DNA of 63,314 nucleotides, the filler included, from Thermodesulfobacteriota bacterium (GTDB lineage: Bacteria > DASVDK01): assembly GCA_036381125.1 (NCBI GenBank). It is 9 parts of 9 records of this genome, joined end to end, with 100 filler letters (N's around TTAATTAATTAA, not from the genome) between each part and the next. Parts side by side here need not be neighbours in the genome. Positions count along the whole stretch, not along the records: positions 42,070 to 47,487 come from DASVDK010000322.1; positions 47,588 to 54,946 come from DASVDK010000323.1; 7 more parts are not named here. One strand, 5' to 3'. This document shows, in pieces, positions 42,966-51,854 of this stretch (position 1 is the stretch's first letter; the number at the start of each line of letters is the position of its first letter). The notes beneath the pieces are model-generated. The model saw only the letters and a program-made list of their open reading frames with translations. It was not told where the DNA came from and did not search any database. The translations under genes were made by a program, and so were the position numbers.

Positions 42966-43228
42966 GCCCGGAGCCGCCGCCTGGTCCGCCTCGGGCGACG
43001 TCCACGCCTGGAGCGGAGCATGCGCCGGCCTCTTGTCAGTTCGAATGCCGTTCTTGCCAACTCTGCTTCTTGCTTTGCCGGTTCCGCCGCGTGCCGGCGC
43101 AGCATGTCCAGAAGCGCTGGCCGAACCGGGGTCACTGAACCATCGTGGACCGTGAAACGGGCATGGCGGAGCGGCTGCAAGGTGCAAGTCAGGTTGCCCG
43201 GGTCCACGGGAGAGGACGAACGGAGCCG

Positions 43229-44143
43229 ATGAACCTTCTCGAGAGAATCGAGCGGCGACGCGCCGCGCTGACGGAGAGCGAGCGGGAGCTGGCCGCCTTC
43301 GTCGTCGAGCACTACCCCCACATGGCCTTCGAGTCGGCTACGTCCATCGGCCAGCGGGTCGGCGTGAGCGCCGCCACGGTCGTGCGCTTCTTCGCGAAGC
43401 TCGGCTACGAGGGCTTCGCCGACGTGCAGCGCGAGCTGCGAGCCGAGGTCGCCGCGCGCCTCCACTCGCCCATCGAGCGGCTCGACGCGGCGCGCGAGGC
43501 GCCGGACGAGGCGAGCGAGCTGCTGCGCCAGAGCCTCACCGTCGACCTCGGCAACCTCGAGGCAACCTACCGCGGCGTCGACCCGGAGCAGTTCCGGTTG
43601 CTCGTCGAGCGCCTCGTGGCCCCCGGGGGGCGGATCTACGTCATGGGGGAGAAGAAGGGCTACGGCGTGGCCCACTACCTCCACACCCAGCTCAACCTCG
43701 CGCTCCCCGACGTGACGCTCCTCGAGTCGGGCCAGTCGCTCCTCGTCGATCGCCTCCTCCGCCTGACGGAGAAGGACCTCCTGGTCGCCATCGACGTGCG
43801 CCGGTACGCGCGCGCCACGGTCCTCGTCGCGAGGCGATTCCGCGACATCGGCGCCGACGTGGCCGTGCTGGCCGACAGCCCGCTCTCGCCGTTGTCCGGC
43901 CTTGCCAGGTTCCGGCTGCCGATCACGACCACCGGCGCCGGGGCGTTCGACTCCTACACGGCGGCCGTGAGCCTCGTCAACGCGATCGTCAACGGCGTGG
44001 CGATCCGCCGCAAGCAGGCGCTGCACGACACGCTCGAGCGGGGCGAGGCGCTCTGGCAGGAGTTCCAGACCTTCACGGCGCGGGACTTCTTCGAGGAGGG
44101 CTACCCGACGCCACCCGGCGGCGGGGAGGCGCGCCGGGGGTGA
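43229..44143 (+). CDS. MurR/RpiR family transcriptional regulator
   Basis: LTESE..LA, GVSAATVVRF..KLGYEGF HTH plus SIS domain. Confidence 0.92.
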   Translation: MNLLERIERRRAALTESERELAAFVVEHYPHMAFESATSIGQRVGVSAATVVRFFAKLGYEGFADVQRELRAEVAARLHSPIERLDAAREAPDEASELLRQSLTVDLGNLEATYRGVDPEQFRLLVERLVAPGGRIYVMGEKKGYGVAHYLHTQLNLALPDVTLLESGQSLLVDRLLRLTEKDLLVAIDVRRYARATVLVARRFRDIGADVAVLADSPLSPLSGLARFRLPITTTGAGAFDSYTAAVSLVNAIVNGVAIRRKQALHDTLERGEALWQEFQTFTARDFFEEGYPTPPGGGEARRG

Positions 44144-45759
44144 GTCCCGGGCCGGAATCGAGGGCGCCGGCCGGCGAGTGGGACCTCCTCGTCGCCGGCG
44201 GCCGGGTGATCGACGGGACCGGTCGCGCGGCGTTCGAGGCCGACGTGGCGGTCAAGGATGGGCGGGTGGTCGCGGTCCGGCCGGGGCTCGGGGGACGGGC
44301 CCGACGGGTCATCGAGGCAAGGGGGCTCGTCGTGGCGCCCGGCTTCATCGACATCCACTCGCACTCGGACTACGCGCTCGTCGTCGACGGGCGCGGCGCG
44401 AGCAAGGTGCTCCAGGGCGTGACGACCGAAGTGATCGGCAACTGCGGCTTCTCGGCGGCGCCGGCCGGCGCGGCCCGGCTCGACATGCTGCACGGCGCGG
44501 ACACCCTGCGCGATGACTGGCCGTCGGTCGGCGCGTACGAGACCCGGCTCTGCACGGCGGGAATCGGCCCGAACGTCGCGCTGCTCGTCGGGCACTCGAC
44601 GCTGCGCAGCCGGGTCATGGGCCTCGCGCGCCGAGCGCCGACGCCGGCCGAGTGGGACCGGATGGTGGGGCTCCTCGACGACGCGCTCGCCGACGGCGTC
44701 TTCGGCCTGTCGACCGGCCTCATCTACGCGCCGGGCTGCTACGCCGCGGCCGACGAGCTGACGGGCCTGGCGTCGGTGGTGGGCCGCAGAGGCGGCTTCT
44801 ACGCCACGCACCTGCGCGACGAGGCCGACGGCGTGGTGGAGGCGGTGGACGAGGCGCTTGCGCTCGGCGAGCGGGGACAGGTGGCGGTGCAGCTCTCGCA
44901 CCACAAGGCGAAGGGCCGCGCCAACTGGGGGAAGGTGGAGCGGACGCTCGGGCGGGTGGAGGCCGCCCGCAGCCGCGGACTCGACGTGACGCTGGACGCC
45001 TACCCGTACACGGCCACGAGCACGCTCCTGCGCGCCGTGCTCCCGGCGTGGGCTCACGAGGACGGCGACGGCGGGCTCGCACGACGGCTCACGCGCGACG
45101 TCGACCGGCGGCGTCTGATCAGGGCACTGACCACGTCGGTGCACGGTCTCGATGCCGACGGCCAGGGTCCGTGGGACCGCATCGTGGTCAGTCTCTGCCG
45201 GGGCAGGCCTGCCGCGGAGGGGTGGAGCATCCGCGACCTCGCGTACGCCGCCCGGACCTCTCCCGCGGAGGTCGTGCTGGACCTGCTGCGCGACGGAGGG
45301 CTCGACACGGCGATGGTGGTCTTCTGCCTGTCGGAGACCGACGTCGAGACGGTCCTGCGCCACCCCCGGACCATGGTCGGGTCGGACGGCGAGGCGCTGC
45401 CGCTCGACCGGCCGGGCGCGATCGGCCGGCCTCACCCGCGGTCGTTCGGGACCTTTCCGCGGGTGCTCGGCGAGTACGTCCGCGAACGGGCCGTCCTCGG
45501 GCTCGAGGACGCCGTGCGGAAGATGACGAGCCTGCCGGCCTCGCGCCTGGGGCTTCGCGACCGCGGCGTGATCGCCGAGGGGGCATGGGCCGACCTGACC
45601 GTCTTCGACCCGGCGACCGTGGCCGACGCGGCGACGTACGGCCGCCCCGCCGTGCCGGCCCGAGGCGTCGCGCACGTCGTCGTCAACGGCCTGCCGGTGG
45701 TGGAGCATGGCGAACTCCTGGGGACGCGGCCGGGCCGCGTGCTGAGGCGGGGTCGATAG
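44140..45759 (+). CDS. N-acyl-D-amino-acid deacylase (D-aminoacylase)
   Basis: PGFIDIHSHSD, QGVTTEVIGNCG, GLSTGLIY.PG, SHHK, YPYTA, GSDG, HPR.FGTFPR. Confidence 0.92.
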   Translation: MSPGPESRAPAGEWDLLVAGGRVIDGTGRAAFEADVAVKDGRVVAVRPGLGGRARRVIEARGLVVAPGFIDIHSHSDYALVVDGRGASKVLQGVTTEVIGNCGFSAAPAGAARLDMLHGADTLRDDWPSVGAYETRLCTAGIGPNVALLVGHSTLRSRVMGLARRAPTPAEWDRMVGLLDDALADGVFGLSTGLIYAPGCYAAADELTGLASVVGRRGGFYATHLRDEADGVVEAVDEALALGERGQVAVQLSHHKAKGRANWGKVERTLGRVEAARSRGLDVTLDAYPYTATSTLLRAVLPAWAHEDGDGGLARRLTRDVDRRRLIRALTTSVHGLDADGQGPWDRIVVSLCRGRPAAEGWSIRDLAYAARTSPAEVVLDLLRDGGLDTAMVVFCLSETDVETVLRHPRTMVGSDGEALPLDRPGAIGRPHPRSFGTFPRVLGEYVRERAVLGLEDAVRKMTSLPASRLGLRDRGVIAEGAWADLTVFDPATVADAATYGRPAVPARGVAHVVVNGLPVVEHGELLGTRPGRVLRRGR

Positions 45760-47232
45760 ATGGCGGTGCGGATCACCGAGAGCTTCCCGAACGTGATCGG
45801 CGGCCGGCGGGTGTCCGGGCAGGACGGGGCGTGGTTCGTGCGGGCCAATCCGGCCTCCGTCGACGAGGTCGTGTGCCGCTTCCCCGAGGCGACGACCGCC
45901 GATCTCGAGGCGGCCGTCGCGGCGGCGCGGCAGGCCCAGCCGGGTTGGGCCGCGACGCCCGCCCCGACGCGCGGCGAGGTCCTCCGGCGGGCCGCGGACC
46001 TCCTGGCGACGCGCGGTGACGGCGTCGCCGAGGAGCTGACGCGCGAGGAGGGGAAGACCCTCGCCGAGTCCCGGGCCGAGGTGCAGGCCGGCATCGCCAC
46101 GCTCCGGTACATGGCAGGCCTCGCGGCGATGCCCGAGGGCGAGGTCATCCCGTCCGCGCGCCCCGGCGTCTCCGTGCAGACGATGCGGCAGCCGCGCGGC
46201 GTCGTCGCGGCGCTCACGCCCTGGAACTTCCCCTTCTCGATCCCCTGCATCAAGGTCGGGGCCGCCCTGGCCGCCGGCAACGCGGTGATCTTCAAGCCGT
46301 CCCCCTACACGCCGCTCTCCGCCTGGCGCATCGTCGAGGCGCTCGCCGAGGCCGGACTGCCCGACGGGGTGCTGAACTTCCTGACCGACTCGAGCGGCGC
46401 GATCGGCAAGGCGATGGTGGCCCATCCGGGGGTCGCGGCGATCTCGTTCACCGGCTCCACGGCTACCGGGCGTGCGATCGCGGAGACGGCGGCCCGACGG
46501 CTCGTGCCGTGCCAGCTCGAGCTGGGCGGCAAGAACGCGCTCGTCGTGCTCGACGACGCCGACCTCGATCTCGCCGCGGCCGCGGCGGTGACCGGCGCTT
46601 TCGGCGGCACCGGGCAGAAGTGCACGGCGACCGGTCGCGCCATCGTTGCCGAATCGATCCTCGAACCGTTCCTCGATCGAGTGCTGGCGCGGGCGGCCTC
46701 GATCCGCGTCGGCCCCGGCATGGACGACCGGACGACGATGGGGCCCGTGGTCGCCCGCGAGCGGCTCGAGCGGATCCTGACCGCGGTGTCCGAGGCGGAA
46801 CGTGCGGGCGCACGGCTCGTGACCGGGGGTCGCCGCCTCACCGGAGAGGGGCACGACGGCGGGTTCTTCATGGGGCCGACGCTGCTCAGCGACGTGTCTC
46901 CGGCGAGCCCGGTCGCCCGGGAAGAGGTCTTCGGGCCGGTGCTGCCGGTGATCGCGGCCGCGGACGAGGACGAGGCGCTGCGCCTCGCGAACGCGGGTGC
47001 GTTCGGGCTCTCCGGCGCGGTCTTCACCCGGGACGTCCGCCGCGCGTTCAGGTTCGCCCGCGCCTCGCGGACCGGCATCGTGAAGATCAACGAGCCGACG
47101 ACCGGCATCGAGTGCCAGGCCCCCTCGGGCGGCTGGGGCGACTCCGGTCTCGGCGAGCCGGAACTCGGGCCATCGGCGCTGCACTTCTTCACGGCGGTCA
47201 AGGCCGTGTACTGGAGTCACGGGAATGTGTGA
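45760..47232 (+). CDS. Aldehyde dehydrogenase
   Basis: PWNFP, FTGS, ELGGKN, GQKCTA, EEVFGPV. Confidence 0.93.
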   Translation: MAVRITESFPNVIGGRRVSGQDGAWFVRANPASVDEVVCRFPEATTADLEAAVAAARQAQPGWAATPAPTRGEVLRRAADLLATRGDGVAEELTREEGKTLAESRAEVQAGIATLRYMAGLAAMPEGEVIPSARPGVSVQTMRQPRGVVAALTPWNFPFSIPCIKVGAALAAGNAVIFKPSPYTPLSAWRIVEALAEAGLPDGVLNFLTDSSGAIGKAMVAHPGVAAISFTGSTATGRAIAETAARRLVPCQLELGGKNALVVLDDADLDLAAAAAVTGAFGGTGQKCTATGRAIVAESILEPFLDRVLARAASIRVGPGMDDRTTMGPVVARERLERILTAVSEAERAGARLVTGGRRLTGEGHDGGFFMGPTLLSDVSPASPVAREEVFGPVLPVIAAADEDEALRLANAGAFGLSGAVFTRDVRRAFRFARASRTGIVKINEPTTGIECQAPSGGWGDSGLGEPELGPSALHFFTAVKAVYWSHGNV

Positions 47233-47321
47233 GGTGAGAGCATGAGCCGGGGCGGTGTGCCCGGCCCCGACCTGCGCCGCGCCGTCGACGAGGGGCGCGT
47301 GGGTGACCTGGAGGCGCGTGT

Positions 47322-47487
47322 ATGAGCCATACGAGGGTCGATGTGTCCGCGGAGGACGCCGGGGCGATTCGGGCGCGGGACGCGCGGGTGGTGGCGCCGG
47401 CCGTCTACCGGCTGACCGACATCGTCTTCGACCGCGGCGAGGGCAGCTGGGTGTGGGACGTGGCCGGGCGCCGCTACCTGGACCTCG
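47322..47487 (+). CDS. Class III aminotransferase, N-terminus only
   Basis: Last 141 nt are identical to the reverse complement of 38729-38869. Confidence 0.8.
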
Positions 47488-47726
47488 NNNNNNNNNNNNN
47501 NNNNNNNNNNNNNNNNNNNNNNNNNNNNNNNTTAATTAATTAANNNNNNNNNNNNNNNNNNNNNNNNNNNNNNNNNNNNNNNNNNNNGGGCTCTCGGTCG
47601 CGATCTCGTGCGAGAGCCGGGTGGAGTCGGTCATGGAGGCTCCTGGAATACGAAAATCGGCTGGGTAATCGAGAGTTTATACCACGCGACCCCGAGCGGG
47701 GCAAGCCTGGCCCGGCGCCCGCTGAC

Positions 47727-49156
47727 GAACGCAGCCCGGACCGGGTTCGCTCCGGGCGCCGCTCCGCGAGCACGCGCTCGACAGCTTCACTAGGCGCCTC
47801 GCCGCGACCCGGTCCTCTTCGAGCGGCTTCCCGACTCGAACTCGGTTCGAACCGAGTTCACGCGAGCGGCCGCGCGCGCCTTCGAAAACATGCTTGACAG
47901 CTTCGCCGGGGGCTTCGCCCAGCCGGACGGGATCGTCCGGGCGATGGCCCTGTGGAGCCAGGGACCGCCCGCCAGGACGTCCATGCTTGCTCATCCCGCA
48001 CAGCTCTCCGACTCGGAACTCCTCGCCGCCGTGCCGCGGCTCGCCGCCCGCGAGCGCGAGGCGACCGTTGCGTTGATCGCGCACCTCGCCGAACTCGACG
48101 CCCGGCGCCTCTACCTCGCCGAGGGCTGTTCGTCCCTCTTCGTCTACTGCACGCAGGTCCTGCACCTCTCCGAGCACGCGGCCTACGGCCGCATCGAGGC
48201 CGCCCGGGCGGCCCGCCGCTACCCGGTCCTCCTCGAGCGGCTCGCCGACGGGTCGATCACGCTCACGACCGTGAAGCTCCTCGCGCCGCACCTCACGGCC
48301 GAGAACCACCAGGACCTGCTCGAGCAGGCCCGGCACAGGAGCCGGCGCGGGGTCGAGGCGCTGGTGGCGGCGCTGCGCCCCCTCCCCCCGGTGCCTCCCT
48401 CGATCCGCCGGCTCCCGGCGCCGCGCCCCGTGTCGACCGCGCTGCCCCCCTCGGCCGAGGCGGCGACGGTCGGGCCGGCCGCGCCCCCGCCCACAGCGCA
48501 AACGGCGACGGTCAACCTGTCCGCCCCGGCCCCGGCCCCGGTGACCTCGACGGCGGCGTTACTGCCGGTCGCGACGCCACCGCCGCCGGCCCCCGCCTCG
48601 ACGCCGCCCGTACGAGCGCCGGTCGTCGCGCCGCTCGCGCCCGAGCGCTACAAGGTCCAGTTCACGGCGAGCGCCGAGACCTACGCCAGGCTGCGGCTCG
48701 CCCAGGACCTCCTGCGCCACCAGATCCCCGACGGCGACGTCGGCCAGGTCCTCGACCGCGCGCTCACCGTCCTCGTCGACACGCTCCTCAAGCAGAAGGC
48801 CGCCGCGACCGATCGACCGCGCGTGGGCACGCCCCCGAAGCCGGGGTCGCGGCACGTGCCGGCGGCGGTGAGGCGGGCGGTGTGGGCGCGCGACGGGGGG
48901 CGGTGCGCCTTCGTGAGCCGGCGCGGGCGGCGGTGCACCGAACGGGGCCGCCTCGAGTTCCACCACGTGCGCCCCTACGCGACCGGGGGGCCGGCGACGG
49001 TCGAGAACATCGAGCTGCGCTGCCGGGCGCACAACCGGTACGAGGCGGAGCAGGCCTTCGGCCCCTGGGAGCCGTCGCTCGTCCGTGAGCCGGGGAGCAT
49101 CTACGTCGTCGCGAACCGGGCCCCTGGGCCCGTGCGAACTCGGTTCGAACCGAGTT
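47727..49156 (+). mobile_element. Putative palindrome-delimited DUF222-like/HNH element with an upstream collapsed mini-copy
   Basis: Palindromes at 47727-47748 (degenerate), 47838-47859 and 49137-49156 bracket the HNH coding region; a related copy is on another contig; mobility is inferred. Confidence 0.55.
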
Positions 49157-49764
49157 GGACCGCCGTCTGCGGTCCACCGCGGAGAGGGCGTGAAGCCGTG
49201 ACGTTGCCGTGGCAGCCCGATGGAGCCCGGGGGGAACACGCTGAAGACGGCCCTACACCTGGCAAACGAGAGCCTGCTCCACGCCTCGTCGCGAGGCGGC
49301 AACGTCGGCGGAGGCGGGCACCGGCGCGCCGGGAGGCGGCTCGAATCGGGGGCGATCGGACGAGGCGGCGGAAGGCGGCGGGTCGAGGGGTCCGAGTAGA
49401 GGGGGAGGACGCGCGAGCCGCCCTCCCCTACGCCCCCTCCACCTTGAGCAGCTCCTGGGCGAGCTTGAGGATGTTCGCCGACTGGACCGGCTTGGTGACG
49501 AAGGCGTTCGCGCCGAGCGAGAGGGCGCGGTCCTTGTCCTCCTGGGCCCCTTCGGTCGTGATGACGACGATCGGGGTGTCCTTGTGCGTGGCGTCGTTGC
49601 GGATGAGCGAGACGAGCTTGAGCCCGTCCATGACCGGCATGTTGATGTCGGTCATGACGAGGTCGAACCGGTCGGAGGAGAGCTTCTTCAGCCCATCGAC
49701 CCCGTCGTTCGCCTCGACGACCGTCACGCCCTTCAGGCGCTTCAGGGCGAAGACGATGAGCTGA
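47983..49764 (+). CDS. DUF222-like N-terminal domain, Pro-rich linker and Zn-finger HNH endonuclease
   Basis: RHVPAAVRRAVWARDGGRCAF..C...LEFHH..P..GG..TVENIELRCRAHN; conserved part ends near 49060 but the frame stays open to 49764. Confidence 0.85.
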   Translation: MLAHPAQLSDSELLAAVPRLAAREREATVALIAHLAELDARRLYLAEGCSSLFVYCTQVLHLSEHAAYGRIEAARAARRYPVLLERLADGSITLTTVKLLAPHLTAENHQDLLEQARHRSRRGVEALVAALRPLPPVPPSIRRLPAPRPVSTALPPSAEAATVGPAAPPPTAQTATVNLSAPAPAPVTSTAALLPVATPPPPAPASTPPVRAPVVAPLAPERYKVQFTASAETYARLRLAQDLLRHQIPDGDVGQVLDRALTVLVDTLLKQKAAATDRPRVGTPPKPGSRHVPAAVRRAVWARDGGRCAFVSRRGRRCTERGRLEFHHVRPYATGGPATVENIELRCRAHNRYEAEQAFGPWEPSLVREPGSIYVVANRAPGPVRTRFEPSWTAVCGPPRRGREAVTLPWQPDGARGEHAEDGPTPGKREPAPRLVARRQRRRRRAPARREAARIGGDRTRRRKAAGRGVRVEGEDARAALPYAPSTLSSSWASLRMFADWTGLVTKAFAPSERARSLSSWAPSVVMTTIGVSLCVASLRMSETSLSPSMTGMLMSVMTRSNRSEESFFSPSTPSFASTTVTPFRRFRAKTMS

Positions 49765-49811
49765 CGCATCGTCGGCGAGTCTTCCACCACCAGGATCTTC
49801 GGATCAGCCAT
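49428..49811 (-). CDS. CheY-like single-domain response regulator
   Basis: VVEDS, TDINMPVMDG, ITT, TKP. Confidence 0.92.
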   Translation of the reverse strand: MADPKILVVEDSPTMRQLIVFALKRLKGVTVVEANDGVDGLKKLSSDRFDLVMTDINMPVMDGLKLVSLIRNDATHKDTPIVVITTEGAQEDKDRALSLGANAFVTKPVQSANILKLAQELLKVEGA

Positions 49812-49850
49812 GGGCCCCTTCGCTCCCTCTTTCGAATCGGCGTCCCGGCT

Positions 49851-50687
49851 TCACTTGGTCAGCAGGTCGATGAACCCCTGGATCGTCGACAGCTTCCGCT
49901 CACTCTCCGAGTAGAGCTTCGAGGAGAAGATCGCGGTCGCGGCGTGGCCCGCGAGGAGCGTGAACAGCTCGTAGTCGACGTTGGCGAACTTCTTCTTCTG
50001 CTGGAGGAGCTTGTAGATGACGATCACCCCGATGACGTGCTCCTTGATCTTGAGCGGGATGCACACCAGCGGGTTCAGGGGCGAGGACCGGTGATCAGCG
50101 ATCTCGCCCTGGTAGAAGAAGGGCTCGCCGACCTTGGCGACGGTCCCGATGGTGCCGCTGCCGAGCTGGATCGTCGGCAGGGTCCCCTCTTCGAGCCCCT
50201 CCTGCACCACGGGCGCGAGCACGTTCGAGCGCTCGTCGAGGAGCATGATGGCGAACTCCTCGGCGCCGATGAGGTTGAGGATGATCTCCTGGATGATCTG
50301 GGTGACTTCCTTGAAGTCGAGCGTCGAGTGGAGCTGATACGAGGCGATGTAGAGGTTCGCGAGGTTGTTGTTCTCCTCCTCGATCTCGACGTAGCGGCTC
50401 GCGAACTCCTTGTTCTCCGCCTCCACCTGCTGGAACCGGGCGAGCAGCGTCGCCCGCTCCTGCTCGAGCTCGGCGATGCGCCGCTGCAGGGCGCCGATGT
50501 TACCGGCGCCGGCGGCCGCGTGGTGCGACGCGGCCGTCTCCAGCTCGGCCACCTTGTAGCGGAGCCGCTCGTTCTCCTTGAGGAGCTCCTGCGTGAACTC
50601 GGCGCCCTTGCGGAAGGCCTGGAGGAACTCCTCGGCCCTCGAGAACAGTTCGCTCTTGTTCGCAGGCGGCTTGAACTCGTCGCTCAT
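49851..50687 (-). CDS. Coiled-coil plus GAF domain protein of the chemosensory cluster
   Basis: Coiled coil (ENERLR..), NLANLYIASYQLHSTLD, VCIPLK..VIGVI.IY. Confidence 0.82.
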   Translation of the reverse strand: MSDEFKPPANKSELFSRAEEFLQAFRKGAEFTQELLKENERLRYKVAELETAASHHAAAGAGNIGALQRRIAELEQERATLLARFQQVEAENKEFASRYVEIEEENNNLANLYIASYQLHSTLDFKEVTQIIQEIILNLIGAEEFAIMLLDERSNVLAPVVQEGLEEGTLPTIQLGSGTIGTVAKVGEPFFYQGEIADHRSSPLNPLVCIPLKIKEHVIGVIVIYKLLQQKKKFANVDYELFTLLAGHAATAIFSSKLYSESERKLSTIQGFIDLLTK

Positions 50688-50765
50688 GACCTGATGCGGC
50701 TCCATGGCCCCGTTCGCGGGGCACGCCTCGGGACGGGCGCCTTTACCATGCCCGGCGGCGCGGGG

Positions 50766-51854
50766 TCAAGCGATTTCGACCCCCGCCCGTCTCTGCAGCT
50801 CCGGCACGACGTCGGGCAACGGCAGAACACGGTCCACGACCCCGGCCGCGATCGCCTCTCGCGGCATCCCGAAGATGATCGCCGTCTCCTCGCTCTCGGC
50901 CAGCGTCTGCCCCCCGGCCCGCTTGATGGCCACCATGCCCCGGCGCCCGTCGTTGCCCATCCCGGTGAGGAGGACGCCGAGGACGCCGGCCCCGGCGGCC
51001 GCTGCGGCGCTCTCGAAGAGCCGGTCGACGGACGGGACGTAGGGCTGCCCCTCGTCCCGGTCCTCGAGGCGCACGGTCAACCCCTGGCCGGTCCTCACGA
51101 CGACGGTGTTCGCGCCGCCGGGCGCGATCAGCACGCGGCCCGGCACCACCCGGTCGCCGTCCCTCGCCTCCTCCACCGAGAAGCGCGACAGCCGGTCGAG
51201 GCGCTCGGCGAAGGTCTTCGTGAAGCCGGGCGGCATGTGCTGCGCGACGACGATCGGCAGCGGGAAGCGCGGATCGAGCCGCGTGAGGATCGACTGGATG
51301 GCCGTCGGCCCTCCGGTCGACGCGCCCACCGTCACCAGCTCGAGGCGGCTCGCCCGGGCCGCCGGCACGGGCGCCGGCGCGCGCGCCGCCGCGCCGGCCG
51401 CGGGGCCCCTCGGCGCGTCGGCGACGGCAGGGGCCCGCTTGCGCAGGTTCTCGATCGTCATCTCGCGGACGGCCCGCACCTTCGCGGCCAGCTCGTCCTT
51501 GATGTCGAGGAGGCGGTCGGAGATGAAGCGGGTCGGCTTGGCGAGGAAGTCCACCGCGCCGAACTCGAGGGCGCGGAAGACGTTCTGGTCGTTGGCCTGG
51601 CCGCTGATGACGATGACCGGCGTCGGCCGCTGCGCCATGAGGATGCGCAGGAACGTGAAGCCGTCCATCCTCGGCATCTCGAGGTCGACCGTGACCAGGT
51701 CTGGGCCGATCGCGAGCGCGCGCCGCAGCCCCTCCTCGCCGTCCGAGGCGGTGGCGACCACCTGGACGAAGCCGGTCTCCTCGAGGAGTCGGGAGAGGGT
51801 GCGCCGGTTGTACGCGGAGTCGTCGATCACGAGCGCCGTGAGCGTCGTCCTCAT
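50766..51854 (-). CDS. cheB: Chemotaxis methylesterase CheB
   Basis: Receiver domain plus GASTGG, QHMP and TGMGNDG triad motifs. Confidence 0.95.
   Translation of the reverse strand: MRTTLTALVIDDSAYNRRTLSRLLEETGFVQVVATASDGEEGLRRALAIGPDLVTVDLEMPRMDGFTFLRILMAQRPTPVIVISGQANDQNVFRALEFGAVDFLAKPTRFISDRLLDIKDELAAKVRAVREMTIENLRKRAPAVADAPRGPAAGAAARAPAPVPAARASRLELVTVGASTGGPTAIQSILTRLDPRFPLPIVVAQHMPPGFTKTFAERLDRLSRFSVEEARDGDRVVPGRVLIAPGGANTVVVRTGQGLTVRLEDRDEGQPYVPSVDRLFESAAAAAGAGVLGVLLTGMGNDGRRGMVAIKRAGGQTLAESEETAIIFGMPREAIAAGVVDRVLPLPDVVPELQRRAGVEIA

Noticed and set aside
47588-47634. Minus-strand gene start MTDSTRLSHEIATES at the contig edge
   Set aside because: It has an RBS but only about 15 codons are visible, too little to annotate.
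47800-48249. Template/variable repeat pair of a diversity-generating retroelement
   Set aside because: Only 36 nt, the mismatches are not at adenines, and no reverse transcriptase is present; reinterpreted as a deleted mini-copy.
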